Source of the DNA: an uncultured Hyphomicrobiales bacterium
GTDB taxonomy: Bacteria > Pseudomonadota > Alphaproteobacteria > Rhizobiales > OSC116
Assembly: GCA_964531635.1 (NCBI GenBank)
Contig: CAZHCZ010000003.1
Span: forward strand, 1 to 62,952
Length of the DNA: 62,952 nucleotides
Reading direction: 5' to 3'
Shown here: positions 18,861 through 28,900 of the stretch, one piece after another
Layout of the letters: each line of letters begins with the position of its first letter
Position numbering within the stretch: position 1 is the first letter of the stretch
Position numbers and translations under genes: made by a program
Notes under the pieces: model-generated
The model's input: the letters and a program-made list of their open reading frames with translations, nothing else
Database searches by the model: none
Told to the model about the DNA's origin: nothing

Positions 18861-19907
18861 ATGTCCGATTATCAAATTCCAAAATCTTTTCTTATTGCGC
18901 TCGAAAAACGTATTTTAGCCGAGCCGCAAAAAACAGGTATAATGATTTGCGGGCATGGTAGTCGTAGCCTAGAAGCCGTAGCCGAGTTTTCAAAACTAGC
19001 AAAAGCTATCGCCAAATATCTGCCCAATATACCTGTCGATTATGGATATTTGGAATTTGCAACACCAATTATTCGAACAGGGTTAAAAAATTTACAGGAC
19101 CAAGGCGTTGAACGTGTGTTGGCAATCCCCGGAATGTTATTTGCCGCAGGGCACGCTAAAAATGATATTCCGTCAGTCTTAAACACATACGCAAAAAACA
19201 ACAATTTACGCATAGACTATGGACGCGACTTGGCAATTGACCATAAAATGATACGCGCGGCATCGGAGCGGGTTACCCAAGCCATTAATAAAGCAGGCTC
19301 GCATATTGGCAATCAAGATACATTATTAATGCTAATAGGGCGCGGTGCGTCCGACCCTGATGCCAATTCAAACGTGCAAAAAGTCATGCGATTGTTATGG
19401 GAAGGCTTAGGCTTAGGCTGGGGCGAGGTTGGCTATAGCGGAGTTACTTTTCCACTCGTGCAACCCGCGCTCGAACATGCGGTTAAACTTGGCTATAAAC
19501 GCATTATTACTTTTCCGTATTTTCTATTCACTGGTGTTTTGGTCGAACGTATTTATGCGTATCACGATAAAGTAGCGGCACAAAACCCCGATATTGAATT
19601 TATTAAAGCGCCTTATTTGAACGACCATGTTTTGGTAATAGAAACATTTCTAAACCGTATATTAGAAATTTTAGATGGCGACAATGCGATGAATTGCGGC
19701 TTATGCAAATACCGCGAGCAGGTGCTAGGGTTCGAAGACCAAGTCGGGCTTGCTCAAGAAAGCCACCATCACCATGTCGAAGGCATTAATGATGAGCATT
19801 CGCACGACCATACCCATGACGACCATGGCGACCACCACCACCACCACCCCTACCCTCATGCCAATCACAGCCACGGCCCAAAAACACTGGATAAAGAAAT
19901 TCCCTAA
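18861..19907 (+). CDS. cbiX: Sirohydrochlorin cobaltochelatase, long form (CbiX-L) with His-rich C-terminal tail
   Basis: Two tandem CbiX-like halves (MICGHGSRS... and LMLIGRGASDPDAN...). MNCGLCKY (MxCxxC) is followed by HHHHVEGINDEHSHDHTHDDHGDHHHHHPYPHANHSH. ATG 18861 is preferred over the ORF opening at 18813. Confidence 0.8.
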   Translation: MSDYQIPKSFLIALEKRILAEPQKTGIMICGHGSRSLEAVAEFSKLAKAIAKYLPNIPVDYGYLEFATPIIRTGLKNLQDQGVERVLAIPGMLFAAGHAKNDIPSVLNTYAKNNNLRIDYGRDLAIDHKMIRAASERVTQAINKAGSHIGNQDTLLMLIGRGASDPDANSNVQKVMRLLWEGLGLGWGEVGYSGVTFPLVQPALEHAVKLGYKRIITFPYFLFTGVLVERIYAYHDKVAAQNPDIEFIKAPYLNDHVLVIETFLNRILEILDGDNAMNCGLCKYREQVLGFEDQVGLAQESHHHHVEGINDEHSHDHTHDDHGDHHHHHPYPHANHSHGPKTLDKEIP

Positions 19908-19910
19908 ACC

Positions 19911-20540
19911 ATGCAACATAACTATATTAAAGACCCTAAAGCTATCTATGCAAAAAGCTTCGCGACTTTACGCAATGAGGTAAATTTCAAGCGTTTTCCC
20001 GATAATTTACATATGGTCATCACCCGCCTTATTCATTCTTGCGGCATGGTCGATATTGCCGATGACGTTTGTTTTTCGCCAACCTTTATCGACACTGCAC
20101 AAACCGCATTGGCAAATGGCGCAAATATATTATGTGATTGTGAAATGGTAAAATCGGGCATTATTACCCGCCTTTTGCCTGCCGAAAACAAACTTATTTG
20201 CACATTAAATAATGAGCAAACACCAAGCCTTGCAGCCGAGCAACGCACCACCCGCAGTGCCGCAGCGGTTAAACTTTGGTTGCCGCATTTAGCGGGTGCA
20301 GTCGTTGTAATTGGCAATGCACCAACCGTATTATTTCGTTTGCTCGAAATAATTTCCGAAACAGGCATAAAACCTGCTGCTATAATAGGCTTTCCTGTTG
20401 GGTTTGTTGGTGCGGTCGAAAGCAAAGAGGCGTTAATTGCCCAAAGTTTAGAGTTAGAATATATTGCCTTAAAAGGGCGTCGTGGGGGCAGTGCAATGGC
20501 AAGCGCGGTGCTTAATGCAGTGGCAGGAGGCTTAGGGTAA
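19911..20540 (+). CDS. cobH: Precorrin-8X / cobalt-precorrin-8 methylmutase CobH/CbiC
   Basis: 209 aa. VVIGNAPTVLFRLLEI motif (GNAPTAL). Confidence 0.85.
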   Translation: MQHNYIKDPKAIYAKSFATLRNEVNFKRFPDNLHMVITRLIHSCGMVDIADDVCFSPTFIDTAQTALANGANILCDCEMVKSGIITRLLPAENKLICTLNNEQTPSLAAEQRTTRSAAAVKLWLPHLAGAVVVIGNAPTVLFRLLEIISETGIKPAAIIGFPVGFVGAVESKEALIAQSLELEYIALKGRRGGSAMASAVLNAVAGGLG

Positions 20541-21761
20541 ATGCAAAAATGGTTAACAATTATTGGTATTGGTGACGATGGGTTTAACGGGCTAAACGCG
20601 TATAACCAACAAATTTGTTACGCTGCCGAAATAATATTAGCTCCTGAACGAATTTTAAAATCCGCCCCTAAATTTAAAGCCGAAACCCACATTTGGGGCA
20701 GCCCTTTGCATAAGTCGGTTGAGAAAATTTTATCGTGGCGCAACCGCAAAAGTGTAGTGGTTTTAGCAACAGGCGACCCTATGCATTATGGCATTGGGGC
20801 AACGTTAGCACGTAAAATTTCCATAAATGAAATGGCCATTTACCCATCAGCATCAGCATTTTCGTTAGCAGCAGCGCGGTTGGGTTGGAATTTAGCCAAA
20901 ACCCAGTGCATAAGCCTACATGGGCGCAACTTAAGTTTAATGAATAAGGCATTGCAGCATAATTCGTTAATTATTAGCCTAACCAGCAATTCCAAAACAG
21001 TCGATGACGTTGTTGAGCTATTGATAAAACGCGGCTTTGGCAAAAGTGAGTTAAGCGTTTTAGAGCATATTGGCGGGGCAAATGAGCGTATATTAAATTG
21101 CATAGCCAATGATTGGAAGAATACCAAAGCTGCCGATTTTAATGTGGTTGCTATTAAAACCATTGCCGATAATTCCACAGCCATTATCCCCAATATTGCG
21201 GGGCTAGATGACACGCATTATATCCATGATGGGCAATTGACTAAAAGCGACATTCGCGCGGCAACTCTCAACAAATTACTACCCACTCGAAACAGCATAA
21301 TGTGGGATTTGGGCGCAGGAGCAGGCTCTGTCGGCATTGAATATATGCGGCTCGCCACAGGCTCTATAACCCATGCGGTCGAACATAATTTAAAACGACT
21401 AAACACAATCCAAATGAATGCCTATAATTTGGGTGTGCAAAATATACAAACATATCCCAACAAATCTCTAGATATTATAGATGGTTTACCAACGCCCGAT
21501 GCGGTGTTTATTGGCGGCGGATTAAGCGAAGAATTATTCAACAAGGCTTATTCACGCTTAGCAATAAATGGGCGTTTGGTGGTTAATGCAGTGACATTGC
21601 AAGCCAACCAGTGCTTGGCTAAAATTTATATGCAACTTAATCAAAAAGCCGTTATGTGCCAATTTACCACTTCTACACTCAAACCCATTGGCAAATTACA
21701 GGTCTTTAAACCCAATTTACCCATAACTCAATTGTCATTAATAAAAGCGATTGATTTATGA
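20541..21761 (+). CDS. cobL: Precorrin-6Y C5,15-methyltransferase (decarboxylating) CobL (CbiE+CbiT fusion)
   Basis: 406 aa. N-terminal tetrapyrrole methylase half (LTIIGIGDDG, LATGDPMHYG) and C-terminal SAM-MTase half (WDLGAGAGSVGIE). Confidence 0.85.
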   Translation: MQKWLTIIGIGDDGFNGLNAYNQQICYAAEIILAPERILKSAPKFKAETHIWGSPLHKSVEKILSWRNRKSVVVLATGDPMHYGIGATLARKISINEMAIYPSASAFSLAAARLGWNLAKTQCISLHGRNLSLMNKALQHNSLIISLTSNSKTVDDVVELLIKRGFGKSELSVLEHIGGANERILNCIANDWKNTKAADFNVVAIKTIADNSTAIIPNIAGLDDTHYIHDGQLTKSDIRAATLNKLLPTRNSIMWDLGAGAGSVGIEYMRLATGSITHAVEHNLKRLNTIQMNAYNLGVQNIQTYPNKSLDIIDGLPTPDAVFIGGGLSEELFNKAYSRLAINGRLVVNAVTLQANQCLAKIYMQLNQKAVMCQFTTSTLKPIGKLQVFKPNLPITQLSLIKAIDL

Positions 21762-22450
21762 AAACAGGCACATTATACGGCATTGGAGTCGGGCCCAGCG
21801 ACCCCGAATTATTAAGCTTAAAAGCAGTTAAATATATTAAAACCGCACAACTCATCGCCTACCCAACCAATAAGCAAGGCGTAAGTTTTGCCCGCGAAAT
21901 TGCCTCACCCTATATTGATAATGATGCACAAGAATTTGGCTTTTACATTCCAATGAAAACCGATAGAAGTGCAGCAAATATTGAGTATGATAAAGCCGCA
22001 ACCCACATAGAGGCACATTTAACAAACGGTAAAAATGTAGCGTGTTTGTGTGAAGGCGATTCATTATTTTACGGTAGTTTTAGTTATATTCTTGAACGGC
22101 TACAGCCAAAATTTAATGTAGAAATAATTCCCGCTATACCTGCTTTTGTTGCAGCAGGCGCAGCACTAAGTCAACCCATTGTTATGCAAAATGAAGATTT
22201 GCAAATTATTCCCGCCACACTCAATGCTAATATTTTAGCGACTAAAATTAAAAATTCCGACAATATTAGCATTTATAAAGTTGGACGGCATTTTGCTAAA
22301 CTGCATAATATTTTATGCCAACAAAACCTGCTAGATAAAGCGCATTTAATAGAATATGTAAGCAATGAAAAACAAAAAATCACCCCCATGCTGCAAACAG
22401 ACAGCAGCACCCGCCCGTATTTCTCGATGATTATTATTAATAAAAGATAG
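21758..22450 (+). CDS. cobI: Precorrin-2 / cobalt-factor-II C20-methyltransferase CobI/CbiL
   Basis: 230 aa. GTLYGIGVGPSDPELLSLKAVKYI and CEGDSLFYGSF motifs. Confidence 0.85.
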   Translation: MKTGTLYGIGVGPSDPELLSLKAVKYIKTAQLIAYPTNKQGVSFAREIASPYIDNDAQEFGFYIPMKTDRSAANIEYDKAATHIEAHLTNGKNVACLCEGDSLFYGSFSYILERLQPKFNVEIIPAIPAFVAAGAALSQPIVMQNEDLQIIPATLNANILATKIKNSDNISIYKVGRHFAKLHNILCQQNLLDKAHLIEYVSNEKQKITPMLQTDSSTRPYFSMIIINKR

Positions 22451-22456
22451 ACCATT

Positions 22457-24256
22457 ATGACCAAAATTGCCTTCATAACCCTAACCCCTAATGGGGTTAA
22501 AATTGCCAAAAAGTTACAAAATCATTTCGGTGGCGAAATAATAACCAAAAAAGGCGGCAAAGTTACAGAGCAAATTGCCGAATTATTTCGTCAAAAATAT
22601 GTAATTATTGGCATATGCAGCACCGCAATATTAATTCGCGCTGTCGCAAGTTGCCTGCATAATAAACATGACGAACCACCCGTTATAGCTATTGATGAAA
22701 ATTGCGAAAATATTATCCCTCTACTGGGCGGGCATAGCCGCGCATCTAAATTGGGCAGTGCAGTGGAAATTGCCCAGCAATGCGCCAAACTATTGCAAGC
22801 CCGCACTGTCATTACCACAGCAGGCGATAAAAAATTCGGCATCGCGCTTGATAACCCACCCAACGGATATTGTTTAACCAATACCAAAAATTACAAATCT
22901 TTTATGAGTGCTTTATTTGAACAACAAACGGTCAATGTTTCGCAAAATATACCATGGTTGCGTGACAGTAAGTTACCGCATGATGAAACCAGCGCGCTTA
23001 AAATTACAGTTTCGAATAAACTACAAAAAGGTTCAAATACTGAACTTATTTATTGCCCAAAAAACATTGTAATTGGTACAGGTTGCGCACGCGGCGCAGA
23101 TGCAAGTGAACTCATCAAGCTTATTGAACAACAAATTAAAGCATTAAATATTAACCCAAATGCCATTAAATGCATCGCTTCTATAGATGTTAAATCCGAC
23201 GAAATGGCTATCCATAAAGCCGCAAAACATTTTGGTGTAGACGCGCGTTTCTTTACACCTGAACAGCTCGAGGCTCAAGCCTCACAGCTTGAAAATCCAT
23301 CAGATTATGTGTTTGACCAAGTCGGTTGCCACGGTGTATCCGAAGGCGCAGCACTGGTGGGAGCTGGCGAAAAATCGCAGTTAATTTGCCCCAAAATAAA
23401 AACCGCAAACACCACTTGTGCCATCGCTCAATCGTTCGATTTCACCCCCAAAACCTACGGCAATAAGCAGGGCGAATTGTATATTATCGGCATCGGTCCA
23501 GGGCAAGAAAGCTGGCGTGTACCTGAAGCCACACAAATGTTAAAAGCCGCACAAGATTGGGTCGGCTATGGGCTATATATCGACTTACTCGGCAGTTTAG
23601 GTAACGGTAAAACCCAACATAACTTTGCCCTAGGTGAAGAAGAAAAGCGGGTAAAATTTGCCCTCGAATTGGCAGCAGAAGGCAAACAAGTCGCACTTAT
23701 CTGCTCAGGCGATGCGGGCATATATGCAATGGCAGCTTTGGTTTATGAAGTGCTAGATTTAGATAAAAGCTTAGGCGGAGTAAGTGATGCCGCTAAACGC
23801 GTCCGCATACAAACTGCCCCCGGAATTTCGGCTTTACAAGGAGCAGCAGCACGAATTGGCGCACCCCTTGGGCATGACTTTTGCACCATATCATTATCCG
23901 ATTTATTAACCCCTTGGGAGGATATTAAAAAGCGAATTAACACAGCCGCCGAAGGCGACTTTGTAATTAGTTTTTATAATCCCGTTTCCAAAAGACGACG
24001 GACACAGTTGGCTTATGCAAAAGATATTTTACTCAAACACCGCCCAAATAATTGTCCCGTTATTTTAGCCAGCAATATAGGGCGAGAAAACGAAAATATC
24101 CGCACTCTAAACCTAATTGACCTCGATATAAATGATGTCGATATGCTCACCTTAGTGATGGTTGGTTCAAGCAACAGTAAAAAATTCAAACGTGGCGACG
24201 GCAAAGATTATGTTTACACACCGCGTGGATATAGCAAAAAAAGAAAGCAAAAATAA
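22457..24256 (+). CDS. cobJ: Fusion protein: CbiG (cobalt-precorrin-5A hydrolase-like) N-terminal ~330 aa plus precorrin-3B C17-methyltransferase CobJ/CbiH C-terminal ~260 aa
   Basis: 599 aa. The N-half has CbiG-like segments (IGICSTAILIRAV, NIVIGTGCARG..., VGCHGVSEGAAL). The C-half has GELYIIGIGPGQESWRVPEATQML and ICSGDAGIYAMA, typical of CobJ/CbiH. Confidence 0.8.
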   Translation: MTKIAFITLTPNGVKIAKKLQNHFGGEIITKKGGKVTEQIAELFRQKYVIIGICSTAILIRAVASCLHNKHDEPPVIAIDENCENIIPLLGGHSRASKLGSAVEIAQQCAKLLQARTVITTAGDKKFGIALDNPPNGYCLTNTKNYKSFMSALFEQQTVNVSQNIPWLRDSKLPHDETSALKITVSNKLQKGSNTELIYCPKNIVIGTGCARGADASELIKLIEQQIKALNINPNAIKCIASIDVKSDEMAIHKAAKHFGVDARFFTPEQLEAQASQLENPSDYVFDQVGCHGVSEGAALVGAGEKSQLICPKIKTANTTCAIAQSFDFTPKTYGNKQGELYIIGIGPGQESWRVPEATQMLKAAQDWVGYGLYIDLLGSLGNGKTQHNFALGEEEKRVKFALELAAEGKQVALICSGDAGIYAMAALVYEVLDLDKSLGGVSDAAKRVRIQTAPGISALQGAAARIGAPLGHDFCTISLSDLLTPWEDIKKRINTAAEGDFVISFYNPVSKRRRTQLAYAKDILLKHRPNNCPVILASNIGRENENIRTLNLIDLDINDVDMLTLVMVGSSNSKKFKRGDGKDYVYTPRGYSKKRKQK

Positions 24257-25014
24257 TGACCGTATATTTTATCGGAGCAGGTCCAGGTGCGCCCGACCTC
24301 ATCACAGTTCGTGGACTAAAGCTTATTGAGCGCTGCCAAGTTTGCCTTTATGCAGGCTCTCTCGTACCAGAAGAAATTGTTGCCCACGCACCAAAAAATG
24401 CACTGGTAATGGATACCGCATCAATGCATTTAGATGAAATTATCGAACACATTAGACAAGCCGATGACAAAGGGTTAGATGTTGCACGGGTGCATAGTGG
24501 CGACCCAAGCATCTACGGTGCGACAGGCGAACAAATGCGGCGGTTAGATGCCCTAAATATCGCCTATAACATCACTCCGGGAGTACCAGCCTTTGCCGCA
24601 GCAGCCGCAGCAATTGGTTGCGAATTGACCATTCCAGAGGTTGCCCAGTCTATCATTTTAACCCGCACTGCTATGCAGTCATCATCTATGCCAAAAGGCG
24701 AAGAATTGGCAAATTTAGGTCGTGCAGGCACTACTATGGCCATCCACTTATCGGTGCGTAATTTGCGCCATGTACAACGAGAACTAACCCCACACTATGG
24801 CGAAGATTGCCCAATAGTGGTGGCTTACCGCGTGTCGTGGGCAGATGAGCAGTTTATTTTTGGCACATTAAAAACCATTCAAAAACAAGTGCGCGCAGCA
24901 AAACTCACCCGTACCGCGCTTATCCTAATTGGTCCTGCTTTAAACGCTAAAAATTACCGCGACAGTGCTCTATATGATAAAAAATTTAGCCATATTTTAC
25001 GTGAAAAGGTTTAG
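24256..25014 (+). CDS. cobM: Precorrin-4 / cobalt-precorrin-4 C11-methyltransferase CobM/CbiF
   Basis: 252 aa. MTVYFIGAGPGAPDLITVRGLKLIERCQVCLYAGSLVP and HSGDPSIYGA motifs. Confidence 0.85.
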   Translation: MTVYFIGAGPGAPDLITVRGLKLIERCQVCLYAGSLVPEEIVAHAPKNALVMDTASMHLDEIIEHIRQADDKGLDVARVHSGDPSIYGATGEQMRRLDALNIAYNITPGVPAFAAAAAAIGCELTIPEVAQSIILTRTAMQSSSMPKGEELANLGRAGTTMAIHLSVRNLRHVQRELTPHYGEDCPIVVAYRVSWADEQFIFGTLKTIQKQVRAAKLTRTALILIGPALNAKNYRDSALYDKKFSHILREKV

Positions 25015-25283
25015 GTGTTTAAGTTTATTTTTGTTCAAAATCGTCTAAAAATAACCTTAAATTAATTATAAACGTAAAAATAAAAGCATAAATTCAAAAT
25101 TATCCTTTTATTTCAAAGGCATTACTCTTTAGTTGTAATCATAAATTGTGGTTTTATGTTTTAATATCATTTTATCTTGTTATACTTAAATTGAATTTAG
25201 AATAATTTTAAATTTAAAAAACAACAACTATTCGTTGAGATCTTTAGGGGGGAAAGACCTGAATATTTTTAATGGACTAGTCA

Positions 25284-25934
25284 ATGGATTATAAAATCAT
25301 CATCGCAGATGACCACCCACTTTGCCGTGGCGCACTGCATCAAACGGTTAAAAACCTTTACCCAACAGCAACAATTATTGAAGCCTCAACTCTAGAACAT
25401 TTGGTCGAAAAAATTTCATTCACCCCAAATGTCGATTTGATTCTGCTCGACTTATCTATGCCGGGGGTTCGAGGCTTTTCAGGTTTGCTTTACCTGCGGT
25501 CACAACACCCTAACATACCCGTAGCAATTTGCTCGGCTAGTGAGGAGAGCAGCACAATAAGGCGCGCGCTCGATTTTGGTGCAAGCGGGTTTATTCCTAA
25601 GTCAGCAAGGCTCGACGTTATGTCGCAAGCCATAACTGCCATTATGGCAGGCGAAGTTTGGATACCAGAAGATGTGGATTTAAACGTTATAGATAAAGAA
25701 GAAGATATGATTAAGCGCATGTCATCGCTCACACCGCAACAAATGCGTGTATTAATGATGGTATCGGAAGGCCTACTAAACAAACAAATTGCCTATAGGT
25801 TAAGTGTTTCCGAAGCGACCGTTAAAGCTCATGTTTCGGCCATTCTACAAAAGTTAAATGTCGAAAGCCGCACCCAAGCCGTCATTGTTGCCAACCGTGT
25901 TGGCGTTGTACAGAACGGCAATATCGCAGTTTAA
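25284..25934 (+). CDS. Two-component response regulator, REC plus LuxR/NarL-type HTH (CrbR-like)
   Basis: 216 aa. IIIADDHPL...DLILLDLSMPG receiver and C-terminal LTPQQMRVLMMVSEGLLNKQIAYRLSVSEATVKAHVSAILQKL GerE/LuxR HTH. Confidence 0.8.
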   Translation: MDYKIIIADDHPLCRGALHQTVKNLYPTATIIEASTLEHLVEKISFTPNVDLILLDLSMPGVRGFSGLLYLRSQHPNIPVAICSASEESSTIRRALDFGASGFIPKSARLDVMSQAITAIMAGEVWIPEDVDLNVIDKEEDMIKRMSSLTPQQMRVLMMVSEGLLNKQIAYRLSVSEATVKAHVSAILQKLNVESRTQAVIVANRVGVVQNGNIAV

Positions 25935-25958
25935 ACTTAACAAACCCCAACCCAAAAC

Positions 25959-25988
25959 AAGCCTGCTTAAAGAAGTTTAAGCGGGCTT
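25959..25988. terminator. Hairpin between convergent crbR-like and crbS-like genes (candidate bidirectional terminator)
   Basis: AAGCCTGCTTAAA-GAAG-TTTAAGCGGGCTT (13-bp stem, one G.U pair). It overlaps the stop codon of the kinase gene (25977-25979). Confidence 0.45.
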
Positions 25989-28900
25989 ATCACTGCCCGC
26001 ACGGGTTAACACTGCACGTAAAACAGCTGGTTTTATTGGTTTACTCATAAGTATAATATCTTTTTTACGACATATTTTAGCAACTTGTTCTGACCTATCG
26101 GCCGTTGCCAATATTGCAACAATTGGCTTATCAACCTGCCATCTTATTTTTTCGATAGCAAATACCCCATTTTCAAAATTTAAATGATAGTCAGCTATAA
26201 TGGCGTGGGGCGTTATGTCTTTGTCTTGCATTTGCTGTAAGGCATCTTTTGAGGTTTCGCTATAAATCCCATTTACCCCCCAATTTCCGAGTAAAACTTT
26301 AAGAGCGTTTAAAATTTCAGGTTCATTATCAATGCAAATTACATTTAGGTCATTAAGTTTTTTCCGTGCAATAAAAACTTTACTTTCAACAATTTCATTT
26401 GAATTTTTTTGCGACCCCAAATCAACATAACATGAAAATTTAGACCCCCTATCCACTTTTGATGTAATGTCTAATTCCGAGCCTATCATTTTAGAAATTC
26501 TGTCGACAATTGACAAGCCAAGCCCAACACCTTCGGCAACGCGCATACCGCTTTCTAGGCGTTTAAACTCTTTAAATATCGTTTTAATCTGAAAAGGCGC
26601 AACACCATGCCCCGTATCATAAACATCAAGCCTTAAGCGCTTGCCTTTATGGCGACAACCAAATAAAACCTCGCCTTGTTCAGTATATTTAATAGCATTA
26701 GAAATATAATTTTGCAAAATGCGCCGCAAATGCCTACGGTCTGACTTTATATAGGCTTTTGTTTTTACATATTTAAGTTTTAGGCCTTTTTTATCTGCCA
26801 ATGGTTTAAACTCAACATATAATTGCTCGAATAGTCTATTTAAGCTAAAATCAGCCATCTTAGTTTCAAATACACCAGAGTCTAAGCGTGAAATGTCTAA
26901 CAAAGCCACCAAAATTTCTTCGACCGATGTTAAAGACAAATCTAGGCTTTGGGCTATTTGTTTAACCTCACCATCAAGTGGTTTTTCTAATAATGCTGTA
27001 GAATAAAGCCGAGCGGCATTCATTGGCTGAGAAATATCATGGCTTGCCGCCGCTAAAAAGCGAGTTTTATCTATATTGGCTTCCTCGGCATTGGCTTTGG
27101 CACTGCTTAATTGCTCGTTCAGCAAGGTCAATTCACCCGTGCGCTCATCTACCCTTTGTTCAAGGTTTATATTAACACTTTCAAGGGTTTTTGCTGTATT
27201 AACTTGGGCGGTTATATTGTCAAATGTAATAACATACCCACCCTCAGGCATTACCGATGATGTAACCTCTAATATTTGTTTTGTAGAATGTATAGCCTCG
27301 CGCATCGTCTTTTTTAAAGCAATATAATTAAGCATACGGTTTGCTACAATATCTTTAACTTTCCCTTCGCCAAAAACACCTTTATTAGCGCAATATTCCA
27401 AAATAAATTTAAAATATAAATTATTTTCTAAAATACCATCAGGGATATTGAGTAATTTTTGAAACGCATGGTTCCAGCATAAGAGTTTTAGGTTTTCATC
27501 CAAAACGCATATGCCTTGTTTAATGTTGTCGACTGCCGATTGTAAAAACTGCCGATTATGCTGAATAATGTCCGAGGCTTCATCTAATAGTTTTATGGCG
27601 CTTTTCGCCCCTATTTTTTTACGCTCCATAATAATCGCCATAACAAACCTTGCCGATGATGAGCCAATAGTGCCCGCAAGTTGGTTTTCAGCAAAATTTA
27701 TAAATTGCATACTTGCAAAATCATTCGGCATAAGGCTAATGTTTTGATTGTTGGCGAATGTTTCAAACCTACGTTTGGATATATTTTGACCAACATACCG
27801 CCCGACCAATGTTTGCAAGTCGGACAATAATATACTTTTCTGCCCTGCATATCGGTTGGGCGCGTTAATATTTGCAAATAAGTTTTTTTGCATCACCTCA
27901 TCTTCATCGGGCTTAGACATATAAGAAAATATTATAAAAAACAAAATATTTACTCCTGTTATCCAAAATGTTGCGAGAGTATAACTGTCTAAATTTGTTT
28001 TAAAAAACATCATTGGGTTTAAAATACTATTATTCATAATACCCAAACTTATAGCAATAGGCTGACCGCTGGTTATTGCCCACATAACCAACCCCGCTAT
28101 AAGCCCTGCAATAACCCCTTTTGCTGTAGCACGGTGCCAATAAATACCACCAATCATAGCGGGGGCAAGTTGAAATAGTATCATATAAAAGTTGTATAAT
28201 AATTTTTCATATTGCCCACTAATCGCTAACTCTAAATATATAAAATAGCCCAAGACTAATGTAAAAACTATCAAACATCTTTTTAATAATAAAATAGACT
28301 TTTTAGCTTGGCTTTTAATAAAACCTTCCCCGCCAAGAGTTTTTAATAACAATGGCAAAACAATATCATTGCTAATCATCGTCGATATTGCCAATGTACC
28401 AATAACCATAAGTAAAACACTTGAAATCAAACTCACAAAATAGAAGAGCAAACCAATCCATATTACATTATCGCCTAGCATTGTGGTAAGTAAGGCAAGG
28501 TCGAAATTTATCATGTTATTGTTTTTTATTATAACAATAATGGCAATACCAACTGGTACTATAAGCGCAAAAAAGCCTAGCAAATAAGGCAGTAATAACT
28601 TTCGACCCACCGTTAATTTCTTCTCATCAATATTGTCGCCAAAAATTATCATAAATTGCCATGGCATAGCAATAAATGCAAAGCCCGATAGAAAAATCAT
28701 AACAATAAAGTTAGACAGTGAAAACTCACCTTTAAAAATCATCTCTTGGCTTCTAACAGATGAGAATTGCGTTAATAGGTCAGCCAACCCATCGAACCTA
28801 AAATAAACAATATAAGTAAAAATCACCGCCACTAATATAATGCTGGCAATACTACACAAGGCAATAACAAATAAAACGCCATGCGTTCCTTTACTCGGCT

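Noticed and set aside
19725-19983. ORFs 19725..19919 (-) and 19750..19983 (+) with V/M-rich and T/M-rich repeats
   Set aside because: These are alternative-frame readings of the CAC/CAT-rich His-tail coding region of cbiX, not independent genes.
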